From contig NC_068987.1 in assembly GCF_001194135.2 (NCBI RefSeq), forward strand, positions 72,559,501 to 72,623,500: a stretch of DNA of 64,000 nt. Direction: 5' to 3'. The first letter of the stretch is position 1; every line of letters begins with the position of its first letter. The notes beneath the pieces are model-generated. The model had not been told where the DNA came from and made no database searches. It saw nothing but the letters and a program-made list of their open reading frames with translations. This DNA comes from Octopus bimaculoides (Eukaryota). Shown in pieces: positions 35,983 through 48,633 of the stretch. Position numbers and translations under genes: made by a program.

Positions 35983-37996
35983 CATATTTTACATTGTTCC
36001 ACATAGACATGAGTTTTGATTTGACTTTTTCAAGGTTTTCCCCTTCAGATTGGCCATTACTAGGCGAGGGGTCTATTGAAGTACTTGCAAATTCACTAAC
36101 TGACATAGAACGTCGGGCAGGTACACTACTGGCACGGTGGCTGCTCCCACTACTTGTAGGTATCTTACTACGACTCGGTCGGTCAGCTGTATAGTAGACA
36201 TGTTCTTTGGAAGAAGGGCGGTTGGGTTTTTCTTCCACACAGAACACCTCTTCACTGGAACCTTTCATTTTTTTGTCATGGCTTTTGACTTTTCCTCTAT
36301 TGTGACTGCTGGATTTACTTGAATAACTTCCATAATCGCTCGTGTTACCGGCGCTACCATAGCCACTATCTTTACTAAAACTACTGTAGTTACCTTTGTA
36401 ATCAGTATACGCGGTGTTACTACCAAGAGTGTGGCTGTAGTTTGTGTGTTTTCTATTGCTACTAGTGTCAGTATTTCTAAGAATAGGACTAGTGTTGTAA
36501 CCACTTCGAATATCAGCAGCGATATCGTGGCCGACTCTGTGCTTACTTGAAATCCTATATGTAGGTTGAGAATCCCTTAATTGAACAAGTTTTTGGTTCG
36601 TTTTATAAAAGTTTTGAATAAAACTATTATCAATGTTACTTAAGTTATGTTTATCGCTTGAGGAAGATCTGTGTTTCGTCTCCCCAGACGGTTTAGGAAG
36701 CCCGTCTCCGGCAACATTACTGAATGATGTGGTCCCACGAGTATAGGAAGTTAAATCATTCGGAGGTTTTTGATCCGACGGTAAATAAGATCTGTGTTTA
36801 TCAGCTTCCACAATATTTTTGTAGTTGGTGATTTTGCTACTTGTAACGGTAGCATTAACCGTAGTGTTAGCTGTAGTTGTTGTTGATGATGATGATGTGA
36901 CATTACAAGATTGCTTATTGGAACGGGCTCGGGCTGCAGCTGATGACCTGGTTGGAGGGAGCACGATATCATCTTTCCTTCTGGTATCCAGATATGGTGA
37001 TGCTGGCGTAGCACGGGCCGGGCTGCCTGGTCCACTAGATGATGGAGATGGACATGAAATTGAACGTTCGGTGACAAAAGGGGCTGGACTGGGGAAGACC
37101 GGTGCAGACTTAACATTGCCACTACCTCCATCCACTTTTTTCCTTGTACTTCGAACATGAGAATCAATGACTATGGGAGATGGAGGCAGAATTTTCTTGT
37201 GACTTCCTTTAGCAATATCGCTTGCGCTGCCAGGAGGACTGCTCGAGACAGCTGTATTATGACGAGAAGGGGATGATGAAGACGATCGACTACTTTGTCC
37301 ACTGTTCGATCGGTGACGATGAGGGCGGTGTTGGTGGGGTGAGGATGGAACTGATGGAAGAATGCGTTTAGTCGAAGAAGGGGTATGCCTCGGGGAAACC
37401 TCCACAGATGACGTCGGAGAATCAAACGACAGTGGATTTCGAACCAGTTCGGGTATTTCATCCGTGTCGGTCACTCCAGTGCCATGATAGGCTTTACCTT
37501 GTTGGCAATGATGAGACGACATTCGACTAATATATTTTTTACTCTGTGCAGGGCAGCTGGAAACATAGTCAAGAGTAGACGCATCCGTCGCTTCCTTGGG
37601 AACAGGTGACGAAGAGTGGTGATGCTGATGATGTTGGGAACGATGACGGGGGATGTGATTATGTAGTGAGACATCTTGCTCAGGCGCTGGTGTTTGCATC
37701 TGTTTCTTTTTCTTCTTCTGCAGCTGTTGCGGTAGTTCTCGATGCTGATCTGTATTGTAAACGCCGCAATCAGCACCTTCTTTAATAGCCTTCTGCCTCG
37801 TTGATGTAGGTGAAGGTAAAGGCGAAGACGACAAATGTCTTAGGGGCGAACAGGGTCCAGACGTCCCGAGTCCAGTATTACCAGCAGTGTAGATAGTTGC
37901 AGTAGTGTTACGAACTACAACCGTAGTGCCAGTGGCGGCTGTTAGTGTTCTTGCTGCGGTTCGGGAAGAGGATAAAGCAGCATTGTTATCTGTCAT
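35983..37996 (-). CDS. ATG4D: First coding exon of an ATG4C/D-family cysteine protease (autophagin), with a very long low-complexity N-terminal extension
   Basis: 680-codon ORF; 2014 nt to the donor (671 codons + 1, phase 1), ending TAT G|GTAAGT at 35983/35982. The C-terminal EKVKSKLMSMWNNVKYG matches from memory human ATG4D DKFKAKFLTAWNNVKYG(W). The ATG4C vs ATG4D assignment is uncertain, and no catalytic exons were found in the window. Confidence 0.85.
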
Positions 37997-38019
37997 TGTC
38001 CCAGCAATGATTCAACCAT
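37993..38019 (-). promoter_or_regulatory. uORF (MVESLLGQ*) with strong Kozak context; its stop overlaps the ATG4D start codon
   Basis: Minus strand reads GCC ATG GTT GAA TCA TTG CTG GGA CAA TGA. The main ATG (37996-37994) overlaps the TGA as ATGA. Confidence 0.6.
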
Positions 38020-40779
38020 GGCGCCGCAGTACGTAAGACTTCTTCTTTGTAATTCAACTACAATGCTTATGCTTCCTCTGCTTCTTCTTCCTCTGTTGTA
38101 GTCTTAATAAGAAGCAGAACGTGGATACTTCCTTTGTAAAATAAACATTAGTTGCAATTTATCAGAGCGGTTGTAAAGAAGAAACCACTCTATGACATAC
38201 ACACATACGAGAAAGGGCAACTAGCACCGCTCGTAGTGTTAAAGCACGAACACTATTTCTGATTTGACACACACGCACGCACTCACTCACACTATCAATC
38301 ACAAAGAGAAAGCAGACGGTGGTTTTTCTAATAAAGTGGATTGGAAAGGCGAAACGAAACAGATATAAATATGCATTTACATGATTAACTATACATATAT
38401 ATTTATGTATATAAATTTATTTGTATAAAGAACAGTCGATACATTGTCGGATACTTTATTCTTCCTATTTTCCATTCCAGTTTTGTTTATTAAAGTAGAT
38501 TCCAAAATTACGAAACGGAACTATTTGTTTCCTCTACATAAATACGCACATACACAATCACAAATAGTTATCACTTAATTGTATTTATATATTTATGCCG
38601 AGTTAAAAGTCTTTTAGACTACACCTATGTTTTTTTCAAGTATGCACAACAATATGAAGGTGTAGCTATATTTCCATTTTTTTTTAAATCTTCGTGAGAA
38701 ATATTTGTTTTTTATTTACATTTTCCTTTTGCTGTTCTAGGTTCTATAACATAAATACAAAATATACAAACGAAAAGAAATATAAATACGAGAACAGCTA
38801 CGCACACACACATATACGAATTTGAGAGCGTGCATAAACATTAATTTAATATATTTAAATATTATAAATAAAAATATACGTGTGTGTTTGTGTGTGCGTG
38901 CGTGTGTGATACTTGTGGAATTAACTGAAACAGTAATACTGTGAGGCAGATATTGTTTCTACGGTAGGATCTTATCTGATCAGGACAGCTTGTGACAATC
39001 ACGAGATGTAGTCCTTCTGTTCAAAACAAATTGTCAACAAACAAGGAGGTATAACTAAATAATAAGAAATCTTCTGCTTTGCGAAAATAATGGCATTTTA
39101 GTTTGTTATGAAACCATACATTGACAAAATGTTAACAAGTGGTTAAAAACCCTTCAAACATAACTGAATTTCTGAATAATAATAACAATAATAATAATGA
39201 TAATAATGATGATTTCTTTATTAACCATAACGGCCGTTGTAATTATCTTGAAAAATAGAAAGTATTGTCGTAAAAATCAATAAAAGCTATTTGAATCTTC
39301 GACTAAAAAACAAAACCATCACAACAGATAAAATGTATTCTATATCATTATTATCAATTCCATTCATATCTAGAATGTATTATAAGAATTGATTCTTGTA
39401 CTTGAGTGGTATTTTATTTTATCAACCCCGCCCCAAAAGGATGAAAGGCAAAATTGAATTCGACAGGATTTCAAGTCACATGTTTGAGAGTACAAGTTTA
39501 ATTTAATAGCAGTTTATTGGATTTTTCTATTTATTCATCCAGTTAGTTTTGATGTATAGAGAATGAAGGTGGAAATGTAAAATACTTAGACGTGTGAATC
39601 GATAACTGACGTTAGCGTTAATGAATGACAGAAGTAGTAAAGCGTCAGACGAAATGCATTGTAGTATTTAGTTACATCCCTTTATGCTCTGAGTTCATAC
39701 CCCGTCAATGGCCAATTTGTCATTCATCCCTCCAAGGTCGCCATAAATAAGTAACATTTGTAAACTGTGTCGATTCAATCGATAACACTTTCCTTCGCTT
39801 ATCGTACCTTTTTAAAAAAAAAAGTAATTAGTAAAACAAAACAAAATCAGGCGTTACAAGATAGGGAGTTGTTTAACTCCAAGTCTTGATCCAATACATA
39901 ATACGATCGAAAATATTCAAATTGTGACCATCCGTCTTTTGTTTATTTATTTATTTGACAGTGAATTTACAACTTTCTTTTTAAGATAACGTTGCGTGAT
40001 TTGGGAAGATTTCAACTGTTATTTCTAGCAGATCGAGTGATACTACCCCACATGTTTTTTCTTGAGGCCGAAGTCAGCTCTGACCGAGCAGACAATTGAT
40101 CAAATGAGTTCCAGCTGCGACTATTTCGGTGTTTTGTAGTTGTTTTTATATTTTAGGACCACTTTGACCAACATTTCCCCTCTTTTTCCAGGCGTTAGGA
40201 TATGATTTGAGAGAATTTAGCCACCACTTCTAGCAGGTCAAGCGATTGTGTAGAGGCTTACCCGCGGGCTAGAAAAGTAGAGATTTAAAAAATAAATATA
40301 AGGCACAGCACTAAATTCCTTGTATTAAATTTCATTCCTTTGTATTTCAAGTTCAAATCTCTCTGGGGCCAGCTTTGCCTTTCTTCCCTCAGGATTGATA
40401 GAATAACTGAATAATTGATTCAATCGATAATATTTTGTCTTATTAAAAAGATGACTGAGTAACCAATCATTAATCAATATTAAATTTATTGATCCATTCA
40501 TTTAAATGTTCAAAAGAGAAGTTGATTTTTTTTTTCTAGCTCAGTGACAACCTTGATTAAGCTTGTACTGTGTAACTAACTCATTTCTTTTTTTAACGAT
40601 AATGTATCTACATATATAACATATATGCATATGATACATATATAATTCAAAACCACATTAAATACAAATCCAAGACCGAAGGAAACACAAACATGAGTGA
40701 AGAAAGAAAAAAGGAAAAAAAGTAGGAAAAAGAAGAATGAAAGAAAAGAAAGAAAAAAGCATCAATTCAACTCAAGCAC

Positions 40780-41270
40780 TTCAATTGGTCACACATCACA
40801 AGTTTCAATGAAACCTACTGCAGCAAGCCAACATGCTCATGGCATTACTGCAGGAAATGGCTAGGGTTAGGTGTTGAAACAGCAAGGTAACCGCATGGGC
40901 ATCACCTGACACCTCAGTAAGGCGATGACAAGAACATTGCCATTAGCAGCCCAGCCCTTCCAAACATCTCACACTTCACAGGTTGGAAGAAATAGTTCAC
41001 TGACAAGTCCCGATACTTAAGGTTTTTGTTCCATTCAGCTATGGAAGAAGTAACTCTCCCATTTAATGCAGCATTGTGGGAGGGAGCAAAAGAGTCACAG
41101 ATTGTGACATTCCAGATGAGGCACCTACCTCTTACCCAGAGACAAAGGGTAAGACCATCTGGTCTCTTCACATCACTTCTGGATAATCCTGCTGACTCCA
41201 GAACTGAGGAAGTATTAACCCAAGCCAGAAAAACAAATGTTTCTACTATTACATTATCCAATTCCTGATT
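40780..41270 (-). mobile_element. CRE-like non-LTR retrotransposon 3' fragment (restriction-like endonuclease domain)
   Basis: KRPDGLTLCLWVRGRCLIWNVTICDSFAPS...AEWNKNLKYRDL resembles the RPDG...W..G..L.WD.T motif of CRE-clade RLE domains. Confidence 0.7.
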
Positions 41271-43261
41271 TTTTTTTTCGAGACAGTTAGGTGTGATTTG
41301 AGGGAGATATAGCTACTATTTCTTGCAGGTACTAATAACTTCTTAGTGCCCCCTTTGTTAACTCATAACAGATGAGTAGACTGTATATCATCATAATCAT
41401 CAACAACATTATCATTATCATTTAACATCCACTTTTCCATGCTTGCATGACTTGAAAAGAATTTGCTGAGGCTGATTTTCTATAGCTGGATGTGACAAAC
41501 CCTCACCTGTTTCCAAGCAAGGTAATATTTCCTCATACCTAGAAAAGTTTTTCACAAAAGACTAGAAATGAACAACCTTGCTTGTATGATGATGATGATG
41601 ATGAGTTACCACCATGTCATAACCCTCCTGCTTGCCAGCTCTTGTTAAACCATCCACCTTATGTCAGCATGGAGAATGGATGTAAAATGATTGAGGAAGA
41701 TGATAATGTAATATCTCAACAAAGGTACACACACATACAAGCATACATATACAGTAATCTATACCCCTGGTTTCTTTCAGTTTACATCTACCAAATCCAT
41801 AAGGGTTTGGTCAGCATAGAGCTACAGCAGAAAACACTTGCCAAAGGTACCAAACAGTGGGACTGAACCCAAGACCACATAATTGGAAAGCAAGATTCTT
41901 AACCACACAGACACATCTGAGCCTATATAAATTAAATATAAAACGAGCTAAGGGAAATAACTCAAATGATCCAATGGCATGACTGCATAAATGAGTAAAT
42001 GTGTAATACAAATAATATATGAGTATATGCATATATATGTACATGTATGTACATATCTGGGTACATGACGTTGCAAAAAAACATGGACAAAATGATAAAC
42101 AAGGTACAAAAAACACGCAGGCCACATAGAGAACATATCCTTCATCAGCTGCCACCATTAAAACACTGGCGTTTCAAAGAGTGCGTACAGAAACAAAAAA
42201 TTTTAATATATTGAAATACCTGTAGTCAGGGATGGAAATGGATATTAGGAATTAGGGGTATGATAAGGGCTGAGAAGGTAGGATTAAATGCTATGAGTCA
42301 GCCTTCTCTTTGAGTTGAAAGTAGAAGAACATGGTACTCCTGCACCCTAGCCAGCCCCAACATCATCCATTTCCATCTGCTTTTACTTGGAGAAAGAAAA
42401 TAAAAACCTTGTTAGCAACTCTCAAAAAAAAGTGGGAGAAAAATTTCAAGATATTAAATATCTTGGAGCTTATTGATGTGTTTAACTCATTAGCATTTAA
42501 ACTGGCCATATCCAGCCCAAATATTCTACCTGTTTTATGTTCAAACTAGTCAGATCCAGCATCTCACACCTGCCTTGCAATGTCATTCTAAAAATTAATA
42601 ATCAAATCTTCAAAATCTCTAAGCTACAAGATAATACATGATTAATTGTTAGAAATGTGAATAAATAAGCATTACATTTGACAGAGTAATCTGAATACGA
42701 CGTGGTTAAAGGAGCAATTGTCTGATCTTTGTTGGTTGACTTGAGACAACTATTGACATGTTTCATTTTATTAGACTTCATTAGCATAGTCCAGGGTATG
42801 ACTTTAAGCTGCATCCAGTAGTGGGATTCAGGAGTTCTAGGGTTTTCAGGAGTGTGGAACCATCTCTTAGCCACTGTTGTTCCTATGTCTATTTTGACCT
42901 GAAATAGTAGCACATGGCAGGGTCCCAGCTATGAGTTAAGTTGCATGTAACCACAGGAGCCAGGTTACCTTAAAATCAGGGAACGCAGCATGGAGGATGA
43001 AAATTATTTTGGCTCTGACAACATACTCTTTCTTTGTCAGTCATAATGCTTATGTCGAATGTAACATTTAGATCCTGCCAACGATTTGCAAAGAAGGCCA
43101 CAGATGTTGCAAGTATGACTAAAAGTCAGGGGCAGGGGACAGGATAAACTACCTGCTTCAACTTGCTATAAAAGCAGGTAGTAATTTTACCTTGTGCTTA
43201 TTCTTAGTGCAAATGCTGAAGAGTGCAGTTCGATTTTAACAGTTATTTTTTCAAAGCTATA

Positions 43262-44270
43262 ATGGAAGTGACAAAGGAGCATATTCGGCATACTTTGCTT
43301 TACAAGTGTTGCAAAGGCAACAACGTAATAGAAAGTGCAAGGAATATTAATGCAGTATATGAGGATCGGACTATAAGCGTAAGCCAGTGTCAATGGTATT
43401 TCCAGAAATTCCAAGCCTGAAACTACAGCCTAAAAGACAAGTCTCATCCTGGAAGATCTGTAGTGCTCAATGAAGACATCCTGGTGGAACAAAATCCCAT
43501 CATAACTGTTGAAGTAGCAGAGAAGCTTGGATTTGGTCATTCAATCATTCATTGACACTTGCATGCTATCAGAAAAGTCAGCAAATTGGGTCAATTGGTT
43601 CCTCACAAAATTTCTGAGTTTGATTGTGCACAGAGAGTGAATGTGTGCTTTTCTTTGCTGTCACATTTCACGAATGAACCTTTTTTGGACTAAATAGTAA
43701 TTGGTGATGAAAAATGGGTTCTCTATAAAAATGTCAAGCACTGAAGACAGTGCATAGGGAAAGGAGAAACACTGGCACCCCAGGCTAAAGAAGGTCTTCA
43801 CACATGTAAGGTGTTGTTATCTGTTTGATGGGACATGAAAGGTTTAATCCACTTTGAACTTTTAAAGCAAAGCCAAGCCAAATGATAAGAAAGGAGATCT
43901 ACTGTAACCAGCTTGAACAATTTAAGTCAGCACTAGAAGGAAAATGACCATCTTTGGTTTCAAGATGAAAAGTGTTCTTCCATCAAGATAATGCTCGGTC
44001 ACATACAGTGAAGATGATATTCCAAAGGCTAGAGCAGTTTGAATTGGAAACGATGCCCCACCCACCATATTCACTGGACATTTCCCTATCTGATTATCAT
44101 TTATTTCGCAGTCTTCAAAATCATTTGGACGGAAAAATATGAATTTTGTAGACGAGGTCAGAACAGTACTGGAGGAGTATTTTTTATCATGGACAAGTGA
44201 ATTTTGGAGGAGGAGCCTTGCAAGACTACCAGATAGATGGAAGAGCATTGTAGAAAATGAAGGAGAGTAT
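43262..44270 (+). mobile_element. Decayed mariner (DD34D-type) transposase, near full length
   Basis: MEVTKEHIRHTLLY HTH start, LVPH (WVPH-like), GDEKWVLYKN, HQDNARSH, HPPYSLDISLSDYHLF and terminal ENEGEY; multiple stops and frameshifts. The right end is in a gap. Confidence 0.9.
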
Positions 44271-44421
44271 NNNNNNNNNNNNNNNNNNNNNNNNNNNNNN
44301 NNNNNNNNNNNNNNNNNNNNNNNNNNNNNNNNNNNNNNNNNNNNNNNNNNNNNNNNNNNNNNNNNNNNNNNNNNNNNNNNNNNNNNNNNNNNNNNNNNNN
44401 NNNNNNNNNNNNNNNNNNNNN

Positions 44422-44491
<70 letters not shown>

Positions 44492-44744
44492 GTGACAACA
44501 AAAGAATGAGACCTCGATATTAGGTAAATAGGAGATTATTTATATATGTATAGTTAGGACAATCAGTAAGCTGTCATAATAGTACTCGGAGTTTCAAATG
44601 CTGGAGCTAAAAGCTATGATGCATTCTCATCGGCTATTAATGGCAATAGACGCTATGAAAAAAAACCATTGAATAAAAGGGAAGTTACTCTAAGAGGTAG
44701 GAAAAAAAAATATATATATATATAAAAGATACAAAAATCTTCTT

Positions 44745-44945
44745 CTAGTCAGGTGTCTCACTATGCGATGCTGTAGTCATCACAATGTCTTGCCACCTTC
44801 TCCTGTCCTCTACCCCATGGACAGCTGAGAATAAAGACATTCCTGTGGCTGCGATGTCTTTCAGCCAAGAAGTAGATAGTCTGCCTCTTTTACGTCTGCC
44901 ATTCACCTTGCCAGTTATGATTGTTATGGTAAAAACCATATTCTC
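44745..44945 (-). mobile_element. RTE LINE extreme 3' fragment
   Basis: IITGKVNGRRKRGRLSTSWLKDI...VEDRRRWQDIV is a typical RTE C-terminus. Confidence 0.75.
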
Positions 44946-45085
44946 TCAATACATTGACATAAAACCTCCTGCATTCATAACGTCTACATACGTACACACT
45001 CACACAAACATGTATATGTACATGTACATACACACACAAACATATATGTGCATGTACGTACTCATACGCATACACATATCCACAC

Positions 45086-45119
<34 letters not shown>

Positions 45120-45757
45120 GGGAGAATGTACGAAAAAAAACAACAACAGACGAGGACAGGTGGTGTAAACAATAAANNNNNNNNNNNNNNNNNNNNNNNN
45201 NNNNNNNNNNNNNNNNNNNNNNNNNNNNNNNNNNNNNNNNNNNNNNNNNNNNNNNNNNNNNNNNNNNNNNNNNNNNNNNNNNNNNNNNNNNNNNNNNNNN
45301 NNNNNNNNNNNNNNNNNNNNNNNNNNNNNNNNNNNNNNNNNNNNNNNNNNNNNNNNNNNNNNNNNNNNNNNNNNNNNNNNNNNNNNNNNNNNNNNNNNNN
45401 NNNNNNNNNNNNNNNNNNNNNNNNNNNNNNNNNNNNNNNNNNNNNNNNNNNNNNNNNNNNNNNNNNNNNNNNNNNNNNNNNNNNNNNNNNNNNNNNNNNN
45501 NNNNNNNNNNNNNNNNNNNNNNNNNNNNNNNNNNNNNNNNNNNNNNNNNNNNNNNNNNNNNNNNNNNNNNNNNNNNNNNNNNNNNNNNNNNNNNNNNNNN
45601 NNNNNNNNNNNNNNNNNNNNNNNNNNNNNNNNNNNNNNNNNNNNNNNNNNNNNNNNNNNNNNNNNNNNNNNNNNNNNNNNNNNNNNNNNNNNNNNNNNNN
45701 NNNNNNNNNNNNNNNNNNNNNNNNNNNNNNNNNNNNNNNNNNNNNNNNNNNNNNNNA

Positions 45758-46300
45758 GTCTGCAAGTGTGTGTGTAATAACAGAACGTGTGTGTGTGTAC
45801 GTGGTTTGGTGGTTTATCTGTTAGTGTGTATGTGTGTGTTTGTCTGTGTGTCTGTGTGTGACATAGTGGAAGGAATTAGTAGCAGGAATAGTTAGTGGGT
45901 GCTTATGGACAATGGTCAGTGGAAGGTCAGCAGGCAGTTTTTGAGTATGTGTGTTTGTGTGGGGTTGTAGGAGTTGGGTACGTGTGCATGTGTGTGTATT
46001 TTGTACGTGCACGTGTGTGTATGTGTATGTTTTTGTGCGTGTGTGTGTGTTTGTGTGTATGTGTATGTTGTGTATATGTGCGTTACTGTGTACGTGTGTG
46101 TGCATGCATTTGCTTCTGTATGTGCGTGTGTTGTTTATGCCCATGTGTGTGTGATTGTATGCGTGTCTGTGTGAGTGTGTTGTGTTGGTGAGAGGTGAGT
46201 GTGCGTGTGTATGTGTATGTGGATGTGTGCGTGTGTGTGTATGTGTGTGGATGTGCGTGTGTGTGTGGGATTGTGAGTGTTATATATATATATATATATG
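45758..46300. repeat. Degenerate (GT)n/(GTGTAT)n low-complexity tract
   Basis: Visible purine-pyrimidine alternation over ~500 bp. Confidence 0.8.
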
Positions 46301-46302
46301 TA

Positions 46303-46687
46303 TGGAGGCGAAATGGCCCAGTGGTTAGGGCAGCAGGCTCGCGGTCATAGGATCACGGTTCGAATTCCCAGACCGGGCGTTGTGAGTGTTTATTGAGCGA
46401 AAACACCTAAAGCTGCATGCAGCTCCGGCAGGGGATGGTGGCGAACGCTGCTGTACTCTTCCACCACAACTTTCTCTCACTCTTACTTCCAGTTTCTGTT
46501 GTACCCGTAATTCAAAGGGTCAGCCTTGTCACACTGTGTCACGTTGAATATCCCTGAGAACTACGTTAAGGGGTACACGTGTCTGTGGAGTGCTCAGCCA
46601 CTTGCATGTTAATTTCACGAGCAGGCTGTTCCATTGATCGGATCAACTGGAACCCTCGATGTCGTAAGTGACAGAGTGCCAACAACA
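46303..46687 (+). mobile_element. SINE family C, full length, with tRNA-like head
   Basis: A box TGGCCCAGTGG, B-box-like GGTTCGAATTCC, then the family C body and CAACAA tail. Confidence 0.85.
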
Positions 46688-46999
46688 TATATATATATAT
46701 ACACACACACACACATAAATATTTGTTACATGTGTGTGAAACAGACAGCACTTCCAGAATTCATATTTCCTCTTCTCTTCCAGAACTCAGATTTCCTCTT
46801 CTCTTCCAGAACTCCAGGCCTTCTCTTCTCTTCCTCACATTTCCTATTTTTCACGCACTATGTTTATGCTTATCTCACACTGCTTAATCCTGTCCTCACA
46901 AGCCTGTCCCTGTACCATTGCTACCCTGTTGTCCCCCACCTCCTCTATATACCCATGTTTTACCAGTCACTGCACCACTGCCCCTCAACCAGCTCTTTG

Positions 47000-47640
47000 C
47001 ATTCATGTGAAGTCCCTATTTCCTACTCATGCACCCTTAGCAATACTCTACCATCCCATCTATATTCTGTTCCCCATACTTTGAGGGTATGTCCTGGCAC
47101 TTCATCATCCCTCTCTTGCTCTCTCTCTCTCTCTCACCCTTCTTTCTCTTGCACTCTCACACTCTCACTTTCATCGACTCTCTCTCATTCTTGATCTGTC
47201 TCTCTCTCTATCTCCCCCTCTCTCTCTCTTTTGCTTGCTCTCTCCCTCTGACTGGGTAACTATTGTATCTCCTCTGCTGCAAGATACCTGTTTCTGTCCC
47301 TCTCTCACACTCTAACCTCTCATCACCTGACACAAGGCCACTTCCACCAATGCCCCACGTCTCAAAGGATCTTTGTTTTGCAAGTTGTTTAGTGACCCTA
47401 CCAGTGCTGTTGCCACATAAAAAAGCACTCAATCCACTCTAATTTGGTTGGTGTTAGGAAGGGCATCCAACCATAAGACCCATGCTAAAACAGTCAGTGA
47501 AGCCTGGTGCAGTTTTCTGGCTTGCCAGCTCCTGTCAAACAGTTCAACACATGTCAGCATGGAAAACAAACATTAAATGATGATGATGATGATGACGATG
47601 ATGATGATGATGATGATGATGTTGATGATGATGATGATGA
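47000..47640 (+). mobile_element. SINE family A long variant with a pyrimidine-rich 5' extension
   Basis: The extension (GACTGGGTAAC..ACCTGTTTCTGTC..CACTCTAACC..CAATGCCCC..CTCAAAGGATCTT) is shared with 60700-61440. Confidence 0.65.
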
Positions 47641-47699
47641 TAAATATATAGTAATTATTATTATTGATTTGGCTCAGCTTTGCTCATATTCCAGGAGGA

Positions 47700-47905
47700 T
47701 TTTATATGGGTAGTGGGTTACTACTTGCAACCTTAGGTATCCACAAGTTTTCAATAGCCTTTCAAGAGCTGAAAACACTCCTGATAATCTTTCCTGTCCC
47801 TAAGAGGCAAACTTTCTGTAGATGATTTATAGAACATTCTATTCTAATCTCTGTTAACCATTTGTCTATATCTTTACTCATATTATTGGCAAGTGAAAAA
47901 ACATT
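47700..47905 (-). mobile_element. R4/Dong-like LINE 3' end, interrupted by a SINE A copy (47905-48208)
   Basis: IDKWLTEIRIECSINHLQKVCLLGTGKIIRSVFSS* resembles the LQK..LLGT.+I+R.V terminus of RLE LINEs. Confidence 0.7.
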
Positions 47906-48601
47906 CGAACGAGGTAGTTGCCAGTGCCGCTGGACTGGCTCCTGTGAAGGTGTCACATAAAAAACACCATTTTGAGTGTGGCCGTTGCCAGTACTGCCTG
48001 ACTGGCCCTCGTGCTGGTGGCATGTAAAAGCACCCACTACACTCTCAGAGTGGTTGGCGTTAGGAAGGGCATCCAGCTGTAGAAACTCTGCCAGATCAGA
48101 TTGGAGCCTGGTGCAGCCATCCGGTTTGCCAGTCCTCAGTCAAATCGTCCAACCCATGCTAGCATGGAAAACGGACGTTAAACGATGATGATGATGATGA
48201 TGATGATGTTGGCACACTGGGCAAACTGCTTAGTAGCATTTCATCCTTCTTCACATTTTCAGTTCAAATTCTGCCGAGGTTGATTTTGTCTTTCATCCTT
48301 ATGGGGTCGATGAAATAAGTACCAGCTGAACACTGGGGTTGATGTAATTGACTTACACCCTTCCCCAAAATTACTGGCATTGTGCCAAAATTTGAAACCA
48401 TTATTATTATTGTTGTTATTGCTATTATTATTATCATTATTACTATCAACATTATTTTTGATTAGTACACATTACAAAGCGGCTCACGGGCCAAGAGTTT
48501 CGTGTATGACAAATGCCATGAAATTCTCAGCCGGTTTGTCGCTGAAATATATACACTTACATATTGAGTTCTTTTTATCTTTATTTATAAGCTCAACCAA
48601 A

Positions 48602-48633
<32 letters not shown>

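Noticed and set aside
35994-37776. Alternative-frame and antisense ORFs overlapping the ATG4D exon
   Set aside because: Expected shadows of a long Ser/Thr-rich coding exon; no independent homology or splice signals.
42125-42185. Hammerhead-ribozyme-like cores (GAAAC...CTGATGA) on the minus strand
   Set aside because: I could not form stems I and III around an NUH site; possibly a degenerate Penelope-type repeat, but unsupported.
46303-46380. Possible tRNA gene (also 57700-57773)
   Set aside because: It continues directly into a multi-copy SINE body and I could not fold a complete cloverleaf, so it is a SINE head.
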